NCBI GenBank assembly: GCA_036396895.1
Contig: DASWKB010000043.1
Coordinates: forward strand, 1,366 to 65,365
Reading direction: 5' to 3'
DNA from: a bacterium
GTDB lineage: Bacteria; Omnitrophota; Gorgyraeia; Aquiviventales; Aquiviventaceae
DNA length: 64,000 bases
A program made the position numbers and the translations under genes. Shown piece by piece: positions 35,501 to 43,453 of the stretch. Each line of letters starts with the position of its first letter. The stretch's first letter is position 1. The notes beneath the pieces are model-generated. The model was not told where the DNA came from. It saw only the letters and a list, made by a program, of their open reading frames with translations, and searched no databases.

Positions 35501-36110
35501 CGTCCGCCGCGCCGACACCGTCATTCGAGGCCTGGTCGACTTTTCGGCCCCGCACGAGCTGGCGCGCTCGCGCGAAGACCTGAACGCCCTCATCAGGCAG
35601 GCGCTGGTCCTGACGAAACACCAGCAGAACCGCCATCACGTCACGGTCCAAGCGCGCTTTGCGCCCCTGCCCGCGCTTTCGCTCGACCGGACCAAAATCG
35701 AGCAGGTCTTCCTGAACCTCATCCTGAACGCGGTCCAGGCGATGCCGGAGGGCGGCGTGCTCAGCCTCACCACCGCCGTGGTGCCGGCGGAGCGTGTCCG
35801 CCCGTCGAACGGCCAGGGCCGACACGGCTGGACGCCCGCCGGGCCGCTGGTCGTTGAGGCGACGGTGAGCGACACCGGCCCCGGCATCCCCCGGGAGAAG
35901 CTGCACAAGGTCTTCGACCCGTTTTTCACGACCAAGGCCACCGGGCAAGGCACCGGGCTCGGGCTGGCCGTCAGCAGGAAAATTGTCGAGCTGCATGGGG
36001 GGACGATGCTGCTCTCTAACCGCGCCGAAGGAGGCGTCGAGGTCAGCGTCTTCTTCAACGCCGAAAGGGGGAATGAACATGGAACGGCATCGCATTCTGC
36101 TCGTGGATGA
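32598..36110 (+). CDS. sensor histidine kinase (N-terminal 7TM sensor, PAS, periplasmic Cache-like region, PAS, HisKA, HATPase_c)
   Basis: 7TM region ending in KRYRLIDI; H-box AAGVAHEVKNPLA; N-box LNLILNAVQAM; G1 DTGPGIP; G2 GTGLGLAVS. Confidence 0.9.
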   Translation: MTEPVPSLSAYAFNPFAIPPFLTALGLCALTIAVVRRERASYVSRLFAVMAAAISVWLFAFTGMYSAASDDAARWWAQAAYLGVPFIPSAVYHFSLEVLGKARERRHMLIASWILSGVFAVIAIGTDWLIAGMTSYWWGAYPRYGAMSIPYLVFFFAMMLLTLHHYRSAARLAEPGSLQARRTQALLTAFIIVYLGSVDYLAKFGLPVYPCGFVPVMIFLILTARAVKRYRLIDITPAFTAEPILESMREALIVIDLEGVIRLVNRAACELLGVPSEWVRGRTLTGLAGHAPFHGDLGALVQSDTLPQYTEILYQHPSGAARTLALSTSVIRDSDGQPAAVACFLRNVTPEQHDAALLARVGEMSRAWRRASTNGGGTSGAASGDPSRRRGRREGIRVSAAETGVGFPLPVPWFLSSHWKLLVTLGMLLGVPLLVMMWLEVHHAERWLYSQAQAQHIVSAKLAAKAVEEHLQGLRHYVESFASRSLLAHAVETARSGTVEDNLKELVERNPLLDRAFVVDASGTLWADYPVVQSVRGENFAHRRWFQEVAAAKAPHISAVYERSADPQVPLVAIAVPIRNSRQVLLGYLVAQHPLSALNEWFTGNQPASLGLVELLDGEHRLAARNVPFSDRTWPVLSRLPAIRDLGREGAGALEVRSDGFSEAFMTSYAPIASMRWIVLIAQPLSRVLAPARALQSSGLVIALLGFLTAIAIGYLALVSLRHSHEMLATSDAAKARHVASLRRALAERAKAEEALKQLAFIVESSRDAIIGERLDRTIVTWNAAAERLFGYAEQEVVGRSMTMLIPPGSPDEIPQMLAELSSGQPVEPLETVRIRRDGTPIALLMTLSPVKNPAGDIIGASVIAHDITERKHQEDALRQMNFQLAERQRALMATLGKLHTAHRELKSTQLQLIQAAKMESVGRLAAGVAHEVKNPLATLLMGLDVLTDHYPSRKHDVISLLTDMQHAVRRADTVIRGLVDFSAPHELARSREDLNALIRQALVLTKHQQNRHHVTVQARFAPLPALSLDRTKIEQVFLNLILNAVQAMPEGGVLSLTTAVVPAERVRPSNGQGRHGWTPAGPLVVEATVSDTGPGIPREKLHKVFDPFFTTKATGQGTGLGLAVSRKIVELHGGTMLLSNRAEGGVEVSVFFNAERGNEHGTASHSARG

Positions 36111-36537
36111 CGAGGTCGGCTTCGCGAATACGCTCAAGACATACCTGGAGCTCACCGGCCGCTATACCGTGAGAGCCGTGCACCGGGCGGAGGAAGCCCT
36201 GGCGGTCGCGGAGGCGTTCCGGCCGGACCTCATCCTGCTGGACGTGATCATGCCGGACACCGACGGCGGCCATCTGGCCGCCGACATGCGCGAACATGAG
36301 GAGCTCAAGCGCGTCCCGATCATCTTTCTGACCGCGGCTGTCTCGCGACAGGAGGCCGCGGCGAAAGAGGGCGTGATCGGGGGCCAGCTCTTCATGGCCA
36401 AACCGGTCACCGCGCGCGAAGTCATGGCGAAGATCGACCAGTACTTGAAGCAGCCTGCGGCGAAGTCCGGAGCCCCAGCCGGCGCGCCGCCTCGGAGGGG
36501 GTCGCAATGGCACCGCATGCACGCAAGCGGATCTTGA
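36073..36537 (+). CDS. receiver-only response regulator (CheY-like)
   Basis: ILLVDDE, DLILLDVIMPDTDG, and FLTA...KP. The start overlaps the kinase 3' end by 38 nt. RBS: gggggaATG. Confidence 0.85.
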   Translation: MNMERHRILLVDDEVGFANTLKTYLELTGRYTVRAVHRAEEALAVAEAFRPDLILLDVIMPDTDGGHLAADMREHEELKRVPIIFLTAAVSRQEAAAKEGVIGGQLFMAKPVTAREVMAKIDQYLKQPAAKSGAPAGAPPRRGSQWHRMHASGS

Positions 36538-36899
36538 TCGTCGAGGATGACGAGGCGCTGGCGCGGGTCGTCAAAATGCGGCTGCAGTCGGTCGGCTATG
36601 AGGCGCGCGCGGAATCGCTCGGGAAGAAGGCGCTCGGATATGCCGCCGCGTTCCGCCCGGACCTGGTCATTCTCGACATCAACCTGCCCGACTGCAGCGG
36701 TTACCAGGTGGCGCGCGAGCTCAGGCGGATCTTTCACCCCTGGCCCGTGCCGGTCCTGATGCTGACGGTCAAGAACCAGCCGGCCGATCAGCTGCGCGGA
36801 TTCGCCTTCGGCGCGGACGCGTACCTGACGAAGCCCTTCGACTCAAGCGAGCTGTTCGAGACGGTGGCGCTGCTGACGCAAGAGCCCGCCGCGGCGTGA
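36507..36899 (+). CDS. receiver-only response regulator (second)
   Basis: ILIVEDDE, DLVILDINLPDCSG, MLTV, and YLTKPF. It overlaps the previous gene by 31 nt. Confidence 0.85.
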   Translation: MAPHARKRILIVEDDEALARVVKMRLQSVGYEARAESLGKKALGYAAAFRPDLVILDINLPDCSGYQVARELRRIFHPWPVPVLMLTVKNQPADQLRGFAFGADAYLTKPFDSSELFETVALLTQEPAAA

Positions 36900-37016
36900 C
36901 TCATTCGGGAACGACTTCAGGGACGGTCACCTTGTTGAGCGACGGTGACTGTTCCCGATTCGATTTCAAAGCGGAAAAGGCGCCTGTCCCCGATGTCCAC
37001 TGGTATACTGCGATGT

Positions 37017-38567
37017 ATGACGGCAGTGGGACGGCTCGAGCGCGCGGCTGACCGGCTGCTGGAGCGGCTGGCGCTGCGTCCGTGGCGGATGGCGCTCCCC
37101 GTCGTGTCCCTCGCCTTCCTGGGCATCCTCACACGCATCGTCATCGCCGACCCCGATCTGTTCGCCCGCATCGCGCTCGGCCGGCTCATCTGGGCCTCGG
37201 GCGCGATCCCGCATGCCGACCCGTTCTCCTACACCACCACCCGGGCCTGGATCGACCATGAATGGGGCGCCGGCGTCGTCTTCTACGCGATCAGCCGGCT
37301 CGGCGGGGACCTGCCCCTGTTTCTCTGGGCCTGCGCCACCGCCGCGGCGGCGATCGCGCTCGCGCATGCGGCGCAGCGCGCGCTGACCCGCCACGCCCGG
37401 GCGGCGCTCGCCTGGCTGTGCCTCGGGCTCGCGCCCTGCCTGATCGTGTGGATGCCCGTCGCGCGTTCGCGCATCTTCACGTTCCTGTGTTTTTCGGTCT
37501 TCCTCCTGGCCTGCGCGCGCCTGCGGGCGCGCGGCCGGACCCGGCTCCTTTGGATCCTGCCCGGCATCATGCTCTTCTGGGCCAACGCGCACGCCGGGTT
37601 CGTCGCGGGGCTGGGCACGCTCGCCATCCTGACGGTCGCGCTGCTGCTCGAGGGCCGGCGGAAGGCCGGACTGGCAGCCGGCGCGGCGCTGCTGGGCTGT
37701 CTCGTGGCGACCCTCGTCAACCCGTATGGCCCCGCCTTCTGGACCTACGTGCTGGAGGCGGTGACGATGAGCCGGATCCGCGTCACGGAATGGCACCCCA
37801 CGAACCTGCTGAGCGCCGACGGCTTGTATCTGGTGTTCGTCGCCGGCGTCTTGCTCGCCGGCCTCGCCCGGGACCGCCGCTCGATCCCGCTCGAAGGGAA
37901 GCTCCTGCTGGCCATCGTGTTCATCCAGGCCGTCCGGCACTTCCGGCTCGTGCCGCTCTTCCATTGGCTCGCCATCGTGTACGGCACGAACGCGTTCGCG
38001 GCAGTCCTCGCGCCGCTGCAGCGCCGGTGGCCTCACCGATTCCGGATCTGGCGCCGCGCGCTGGCGATGGCGCTGGCCGGCGCCGCGCTGGCCGGCGCCG
38101 TGTCCGTGGGGGCGGCGCTGGCGCGGGGTGGGGGGTACCGGCTGCGGTATTCGCATCTGCCCGTTGGCGCGATGGCCTGGCTTGTCGCGCATCGGGACGG
38201 CGGACGGTTGCTGGTGCACTTCAATGAGGGGAGCTACGCGCTGTGGCGGGGGTACCCGGACTTCACGGTTTCGCTGGACGCGCGCTACGACGCGGTGTAC
38301 CCCGAGGAGACCGTCGCACGGGTCGCCGAGGCGTTCTACCGCTCGACGCCAGATCTGCCGGCCGTCATCGAGGAGATCGGCGCCGACTACATCCTCATCT
38401 GTCCGGGACTCTCGGAACACGTGGCGACGGCCGCGCAATACGGGCCGCGCTGGCGGGTCATCTACGCGGATGCGCGGTGCCAGATCCTGTCGCAGACGCC
38501 GAATCCGGACGGACGCCTCGGCCGGCCTTCTGAGACGTGGCCCGACATCTGGACCCCGAACTTCTAG
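37017..38567 (+). CDS. large polytopic membrane protein, possible GT-C-type glycosyltransferase
   Basis: It has more than 10 TM segments, DPFSYT...IDHEWG in the first loop, and a soluble C-terminal domain. Alternative starts are at 36945 and 36993. Confidence 0.5.
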   Translation: MTAVGRLERAADRLLERLALRPWRMALPVVSLAFLGILTRIVIADPDLFARIALGRLIWASGAIPHADPFSYTTTRAWIDHEWGAGVVFYAISRLGGDLPLFLWACATAAAAIALAHAAQRALTRHARAALAWLCLGLAPCLIVWMPVARSRIFTFLCFSVFLLACARLRARGRTRLLWILPGIMLFWANAHAGFVAGLGTLAILTVALLLEGRRKAGLAAGAALLGCLVATLVNPYGPAFWTYVLEAVTMSRIRVTEWHPTNLLSADGLYLVFVAGVLLAGLARDRRSIPLEGKLLLAIVFIQAVRHFRLVPLFHWLAIVYGTNAFAAVLAPLQRRWPHRFRIWRRALAMALAGAALAGAVSVGAALARGGGYRLRYSHLPVGAMAWLVAHRDGGRLLVHFNEGSYALWRGYPDFTVSLDARYDAVYPEETVARVAEAFYRSTPDLPAVIEEIGADYILICPGLSEHVATAAQYGPRWRVIYADARCQILSQTPNPDGRLGRPSETWPDIWTPNF

Positions 38568-38593
38568 CGCAAGCGCGGTGCCACCACACATGC

Positions 38594-38690
38594 GGGCCAG
38601 CCCCCTGAGGGACACCCCGCCGTTTGAGAGCGGGATGTCCTGAAGGGGGCTGGGCCGCTCGTGGTGAGCAGGGCTGCGAAGTCCCGCAGC
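38594..38690. terminator. nested hairpins plus shared 17-mer between convergent genes
   Basis: gggccagccccct/agggggctgggcc encloses gggacaccccgc/gcgggatgtcc. These are followed by ggccgctcgtggtgagc (also at 45773-45789) and the hairpin gctgcg-aagtcc-cgcagc. Confidence 0.5.
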
Positions 38691-38720
38691 GAAACCGAGG
38701 AGGCCGCCTGCTTGTGGCCG

Positions 38721-40175
38721 TCAGGCCAGTGGCAGTTCCGACGCCCCGGTGAGATAGCGGTCGATGTGGTGCGCGGCATTGCGGCCGTCGCGGATGGCGT
38801 GCACGATCAGGGATTGCCCGCGCCGCATGTCGCCCGCGCAGAACACCCCCTTCGCGCCCGTGGCGTACTGCGCGTCGGTCTCGATGGCGCCGCGGGCGTC
38901 CGCCCGGATGCCGAGCCCGCGCATCCACTCCGGCAGCTCGGCCGCGGAGAACCCCATCGCGAGGAGCACCAGGTCCCCCTCCACCTCGAACGCGGTGCCG
39001 GGGAGCTCGCGCATGACCGGCCGCCCATCGGGATCGGCCTGCGTCCAGTCCACCCGCACGCAGGAGAGCCGATCCACGCGCCCCCGCTGGCCCAGCAACG
39101 CCTTGGTCAGCACGCTCCACTCCCGATCGCCGCCCTCGTCATGGCTGCTCGAGCTGCGCAGGATCTTCGGCCAGTCCGGCCAGAGATCGCCGGCACCCCG
39201 GCACTCGGGCGGCTTCGGCAGGAGCTCCAGTTGCACCACGCGCGCCGCGCCCTGCCGGTGGGCCGTGCCCACGCAGTCGGCTCCGGTATCGCCGCCGCCG
39301 ATCACCACGACCCGTGTGCCCGCGGCGCTCAACTCAGCCCGGCCCTTCCCCCGCCGCCCCGCCACCCGAAGATTCGACTGCATGAGGTAGTCCATCGCGA
39401 AGTGGATCCCTGCCAGCTCACGCCCTGGCACCGGCAGATCCCTGGGGACCCGCGCGCCGCCCGTCAGGCAGACGGCATCGAAGTCCTTGAGCAGCCGTCC
39501 GGCCGGATAGTCCGTGCCGACGGCGACGCCGGCGCGGAACGCGATGCCTTCCTGCTCCCACAGCGCCAGGCGCCGGTCCAGCACCCATTTCTCCAGCTTG
39601 AAGTCCGGGATCCCGTAGCGCAGCAGTCCCCCGATGGCCGGATCGCGCTCGAACACCACGACGCGGTATCCGGCCTGGTTGAGCTGGTCGGCGCAGCTCA
39701 AGCCCGCCGGTCCTGAGCCCACGACCGCCACCGACTTCCCCGTCCGCCGCCGCGGGTGCCGCGGCGTGACGAGGCCCTGCTGGAACGCGTGCTCGATCAC
39801 GGCCAGCTCGTTTTCGCGGATCGTGACGCCCTCCCACGAGATCTGGAGGACGCAGGCCGGCTCGCACGGCGCCGGACAGACCCGCGCGGTGATCTCGGGC
39901 AGATTGTTCGTCGCCGCCAGCGCCTGGTAGGCGGCGGCCCAGTCGCCCTCCGCCGCGCGCGTGTTCCAGTCCGGCACCCGGTTCCCGAGCGGGCAGGCCC
40001 AATGGCAGAACGCCACGGCGCAACTGATGCAGCGCGAGGCCTGCGCCTGCGAGTCCGGCGAGCCGCGCATCACGGTAACGTCGCGGTAGTCCCGCACGCG
40101 CTCCGCCACCGGGCGGTACGCCGCCGGGCGCTTCGGCACGTCGACAAAGCGCACGAAATCCTGCATCGACCTCAC
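38721..40175 (-). CDS. gltD: glutamate synthase small-subunit-like NADPH oxidoreductase (GltD family)
   Basis: Two Cys clusters (CISCAVAFC...CP; CPAPCEPAC), VAVVGSGPAGL, VVVIGGGDTGADC, and GVFCAGD. No gltB is adjacent. Confidence 0.8.
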   Translation of the reverse strand: MRSMQDFVRFVDVPKRPAAYRPVAERVRDYRDVTVMRGSPDSQAQASRCISCAVAFCHWACPLGNRVPDWNTRAAEGDWAAAYQALAATNNLPEITARVCPAPCEPACVLQISWEGVTIRENELAVIEHAFQQGLVTPRHPRRRTGKSVAVVGSGPAGLSCADQLNQAGYRVVVFERDPAIGGLLRYGIPDFKLEKWVLDRRLALWEQEGIAFRAGVAVGTDYPAGRLLKDFDAVCLTGGARVPRDLPVPGRELAGIHFAMDYLMQSNLRVAGRRGKGRAELSAAGTRVVVIGGGDTGADCVGTAHRQGAARVVQLELLPKPPECRGAGDLWPDWPKILRSSSSHDEGGDREWSVLTKALLGQRGRVDRLSCVRVDWTQADPDGRPVMRELPGTAFEVEGDLVLLAMGFSAAELPEWMRGLGIRADARGAIETDAQYATGAKGVFCAGDMRRGQSLIVHAIRDGRNAAHHIDRYLTGASELPLA

Positions 40176-40333
40176 TCATGGGTTGCGCCGCCGATGCGGC
40201 GCTTGAGCCGCGCTAGGCCGGCTTACGGCCGACCACGAAGTACGCCACCACCCCAATCACAGGATGATGCGTTACGATAGCCGCTCCGGCTTATCGCATC
40301 TATGACGCCTGTCATGCGGGCGCAGCCATGCCA

Positions 40334-40360
40334 ACGCCGCGGTCCGGGAGGGACCGCGGC
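40334..40360 (-). terminator. GC-rich hairpin downstream of the 40395 stop
   Basis: cgccgcggtcc-ggga-gggaccgcggcg forms an 11-bp stem. The U-tail is weak. Confidence 0.35.
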
Positions 40361-40394
40361 GCTCATGCCGCACGACGCCGGGATCACCTGATCG

Positions 40395-41006
40395 CTACGG
40401 CGCGCCGGCGTCAAGACCGGCCAGCTGATACCCGGCCAGAATCATCCGCTTCTCATCATTCCGCTGGAGGACCAGCATCACGCCGATTTCCCGCCCGAGC
40501 GCCGGGTGATCCGGCGAAATCGCCGAACCCAGGCGCAGCGGCGGCTCCCCATCGAACGGCCGCCACCAGCGTCCCGGCATGCCCCTCGATAAGACCGGAT
40601 CCCATCGGCTCGCCGTCAGTCCCGGCACCGGGCGCAGCCGCTCCTCCAACCCCGTCCCGGGCGCCAGGACGGCCCGGGACAACCGCCCCACGGATGCGAC
40701 GGAGTCGGGAATCACAGGATGCGACTGCCGGTTGACGTCGATGTACGCGCTTTCCTCCCAGAGGACGTGGATCGGTTCGGAGCCGTGGTTTTCCATGCGC
40801 ACGAGAATCCCCTCATCGAATTCGAGCGCCAACATCAGATCCCAGCTCGGCACCGCCGGCCGGACCAGCACCGGCTGGGCCCGGGCCGCCAGCACCTGCC
40901 GGCTGCCCCCGCACCCGGCCGCTCCCAAGGCCGCCGCCAGCCCGAGCGCCGCCGCCCGCCACACGGGCCTGCGGCCCGCGCGCCGCTCACAACCTGATGC
41001 GTCCAT
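40395..41006 (-). CDS. lipoprotein, unknown function
   Basis: The start is at MDASGC..., and the lipobox context is ALGAAGC. Confidence 0.5.
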   Translation of the reverse strand: MDASGCERRAGRRPVWRAAALGLAAALGAAGCGGSRQVLAARAQPVLVRPAVPSWDLMLALEFDEGILVRMENHGSEPIHVLWEESAYIDVNRQSHPVIPDSVASVGRLSRAVLAPGTGLEERLRPVPGLTASRWDPVLSRGMPGRWWRPFDGEPPLRLGSAISPDHPALGREIGVMLVLQRNDEKRMILAGYQLAGLDAGAP

Positions 41007-41937
41007 CCCGCGGCTCCACCAGTTTGGAGGCCGGAACGTCCGGCTGGAGCTCCTGCGTCTCTTCAGGCGCCTGCGCGGCATCGCCGGACTCCGTCACGTC
41101 GCCCGCAGGATCGTCGTCTGCGGCTTCCCCCGCTTCCTCCGGTTCTTCCTCGCGGGGAGCTGCCGGACGATCGGCATCCGCTTCCTCGGCCACAGTCTCC
41201 GCTCCGCTTCCGGACTCCAATTCATCATGCACGCCCTCCGCGTTGATGGTGCCCGATGCCTGCCTGACGCCGGACGCCTCCTCCGGGGAAGCGGTGTCAG
41301 GTTCATCCATATCCGTCGCCGCCGGCGCGGCCGGTTCAGGTCCGGGCCCCTCGGGCGCCGCCAGCGCCTGAAGCGCTCCAACCGTGCTCGCGTCGATACG
41401 CACGACCGGATTCGCAACGCGCGCCGCGTATGCGGCCGGTCCGCTCATGGCCCCAGCGGGCGCCGACGCCGAAGGGTCGAGCGCGCTGGCCGCTTCCGCA
41501 TCGATGCCCGCGGCCGGATGCTCCCCCGACGGTCCGGGATCCTCCGCCGGCGCCACGATGATGCCCCGCATCCACTCCGGCCAAGAAATCCGGGCCGCGC
41601 GCGCCCCCTCCTGCCGGCCCCACGCCTCGAGAATCGACGGACCGAGGACCGCACCGAGCAGGAACATGCCGAGCAGGGTGAGCACGCGGAGCAGTCCGCC
41701 CCGGGACAAGACCGGCAGCGCCCGGTCGATCTGGTCGCCCACATGCTCCACGCGCCGTCCGAACCGGTCCAGCTGCGCGCTCACGCGAGCCAAGCGCTCA
41801 TCCGTCCGCTCCAGCATCGTGAGGTGGAGCCGGGCTTCCTCATCGAGCTGCGTGTCCGCGGACGACCCGCCGTCCTGGCCCGCGGGCGCCCGGAGCGGCC
41901 GACCCGCGCGGAATTCACTGCTGAGTAATTTGCTCAT
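40987..41937 (-). CDS. single-pass membrane protein with long acidic disordered C-terminal region
   Basis: RBS ggggaggcggcatcATG at 41937. A coiled N-terminus is followed by the TM segment LLRVLTLLGMFLLGAVLGP. The track ORF 40987..42429 is trimmed. Confidence 0.5.
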   Translation of the reverse strand: MSKLLSSEFRAGRPLRAPAGQDGGSSADTQLDEEARLHLTMLERTDERLARVSAQLDRFGRRVEHVGDQIDRALPVLSRGGLLRVLTLLGMFLLGAVLGPSILEAWGRQEGARAARISWPEWMRGIIVAPAEDPGPSGEHPAAGIDAEAASALDPSASAPAGAMSGPAAYAARVANPVVRIDASTVGALQALAAPEGPGPEPAAPAATDMDEPDTASPEEASGVRQASGTINAEGVHDELESGSGAETVAEEADADRPAAPREEEPEEAGEAADDDPAGDVTESGDAAQAPEETQELQPDVPASKLVEPRDGRIRL

Positions 41938-42005
41938 GATGCCGCCTCCCCTTGCCGCGATGACGAACGTGCGGACCCACTCTACCGAATCCGCCTGAAC
42001 GCACG

Positions 42006-42085
42006 ATGACATTTCGATGACATGGTGTTCATCCATTCCGGCCGCGCATGAACACCCTGTCATGGAGTTGTCATCGGGATGACAG
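42006..42085. promoter_or_regulatory. dense array of ATGACA/TGTCAT heptads at 11-bp phasing in a divergent promoter region
   Basis: gATGACAtttcgATGACAtggtGTTCATcc...cATGAACaccCTGTCATggagTTGTCATcgggATGACAgg. Confidence 0.55.
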
Positions 42086-42160
42086 GACCGGCGGCGTAGT
42101 CTGCGGGCAAGACAGGAGCCGGGCGGACCGGTTGAACGTGGAACAAGGAGGAGGTGCGCG

Positions 42161-42529
42161 ATGGCCCACCAGGGCCGGTTCACGTACTGGACGCTGGTCG
42201 GAGTCGTCATGGCGGGATTCCTTGGAATGCTGTCTCTGGCCGCGGCCGAGAAGCAGGAGATGCCCAGGGAGCTCAAGACGCTCACCGGGACCATCGAATC
42301 GGTGAACGACCAGCAGCACGCGCTGTCGGTCAATCCCGGCGATTGGTCGGCCTCCAAGCGGTTCAGGGTGTCCGACGACGCCACGATCCGCAAAGGCTCC
42401 GATGAGGTGGACCTCTCCGACCTGCGCACCGGAGAGGATGTGACCGTGCGCTACGTCGAGGAGGGCGGCGAATCCGTCGCGAAGGAAATCGTCGCCGGAG
42501 CCCTGCCCGAATCGGCGCACAGCAGCTAG
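42161..42529 (+). CDS. small secreted beta-domain protein (DUF1344/DUF5666-like); paralog of 61239..61808
   Basis: RBS aaggaggagg. It has a signal anchor, and TGTIESVNDQQHALSV...FRVSDDATI...DLRTGEDVTVRYVEEGGESVAKEI. Confidence 0.6.
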   Translation: MAHQGRFTYWTLVGVVMAGFLGMLSLAAAEKQEMPRELKTLTGTIESVNDQQHALSVNPGDWSASKRFRVSDDATIRKGSDEVDLSDLRTGEDVTVRYVEEGGESVAKEIVAGALPESAHSS

Positions 42530-42669
42530 CGCGGCCCCGGAAGGCTCGTCTCACGCCGCCCGCGCGCGGGCTGCTGGAGGAGGCGCTTGACCGTGCTGCC
42601 GCCGCTCCGGGAAGCGCGGAGCTTGCCGGGGCGGCGGTGTCGTTCGACACCCACGACAAGGAGGACCCG

Positions 42670-42921
42670 ATGTGCCGTCATTGCATCGCGCTGACACGGG
42701 GATGGGGATGGCCTGCCGGGGCGCTCGCCGCGTCCGGCGGCATGGCCGGCTGCGCGGCGCTCTGGGCCGGCGCCGGGGCCGGAGGCGCCGCAACCGCGTA
42801 CGAGGTCAATCACGCGCGCGAGCTCCGTCAGGCGGAAGAGGCGCACGAGGAAGGCCGGATGTCCAGGGAAGCATACGAGACCCGGAAAGACGCGATCGAA
42901 GACCAATCGATGGTGTCCTGA
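42670..42921 (+). CDS. small lipoprotein with SHOCT-like C-terminal motif
   Basis: RBS aaggagg. It has the lipobox GMAGC and GRMSREAYETRKDAIEDQ. Confidence 0.5.
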   Translation: MCRHCIALTRGWGWPAGALAASGGMAGCAALWAGAGAGGAATAYEVNHARELRQAEEAHEEGRMSREAYETRKDAIEDQSMVS

Positions 42922-43067
42922 TGCTGGAACCGCCGATCCAGCCATGGCTGGCTCTGCTGGCGGGGATCGTGATGTTCCTCGCGCCGCGCCTGCTGAACGA
43001 CGCGGCGGACGCCTCTCCGCGCCTGAGCGGTTTCTGGGGGCTGCTCGCGCGGGGCGGAATCGGCTGA
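42921..43067 (+). CDS. possible 48-aa membrane peptide (TGATG-coupled)
   Basis: MLEPPIQPWLALLAGIVMFLAPRLL. The start overlaps the upstream stop. Support is weak. Confidence 0.3.
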   Translation: MLEPPIQPWLALLAGIVMFLAPRLLNDAADASPRLSGFWGLLARGGIG

Positions 43068-43100
43068 TCCCGCCCCGCAAGCCCGGCCCGTCTCCCGCCG

Positions 43101-43442
43101 CTAAATCGCCGTGCCGCCCTGCTCGCCCGTGCGGATGCGGATGCACTCCTCCAAGGGCAGGATGAAGATCTTCCCGTCCCCGACCTTGCCGTCGTCATGC
43201 CGCGCGCTTTTCAGGATCGCGTCGCAGACGATCTTCACGAACTCGTCGTTGCAGGCGATGTCCAGGCGGGCTTTCGGGATGAGATTGGGCGCGAACGTCT
43301 CTCCGCGGAAGAGCTGTTCCGTCGCCTGCTGACCGTGCCCCGTGACCCGGGACACCGTGATGCGCGTAATCTTGGCGGCAATCAACGCTTCCCGCACGGC
43401 GTCCAGCCTGTCGGGCTGGATGATCGCAATGACCAGCTTCAT
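43101..43442 (-). CDS. glnK: P-II nitrogen regulatory protein
   Basis: MKLVIAIIQPDRLDAVREAL...VTGHGQQ...DGKIFILPLEECIRIRTGE. It lies immediately downstream of amtB. Confidence 0.9.
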   Translation of the reverse strand: MKLVIAIIQPDRLDAVREALIAAKITRITVSRVTGHGQQATEQLFRGETFAPNLIPKARLDIACNDEFVKIVCDAILKSARHDDGKVGDGKIFILPLEECIRIRTGEQGGTAI

Positions 43443-43453
43443 CGGCGCTCTCC

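Noticed and set aside
36966-38615. 549-aa minus-strand ORF (and the 321-aa plus-strand ORF 37262..38227)
   Set aside because: Both overlap the polytopic membrane protein gene in other frames. The membrane-protein frame shows regular TM periodicity, whereas these are Arg/Pro-rich.
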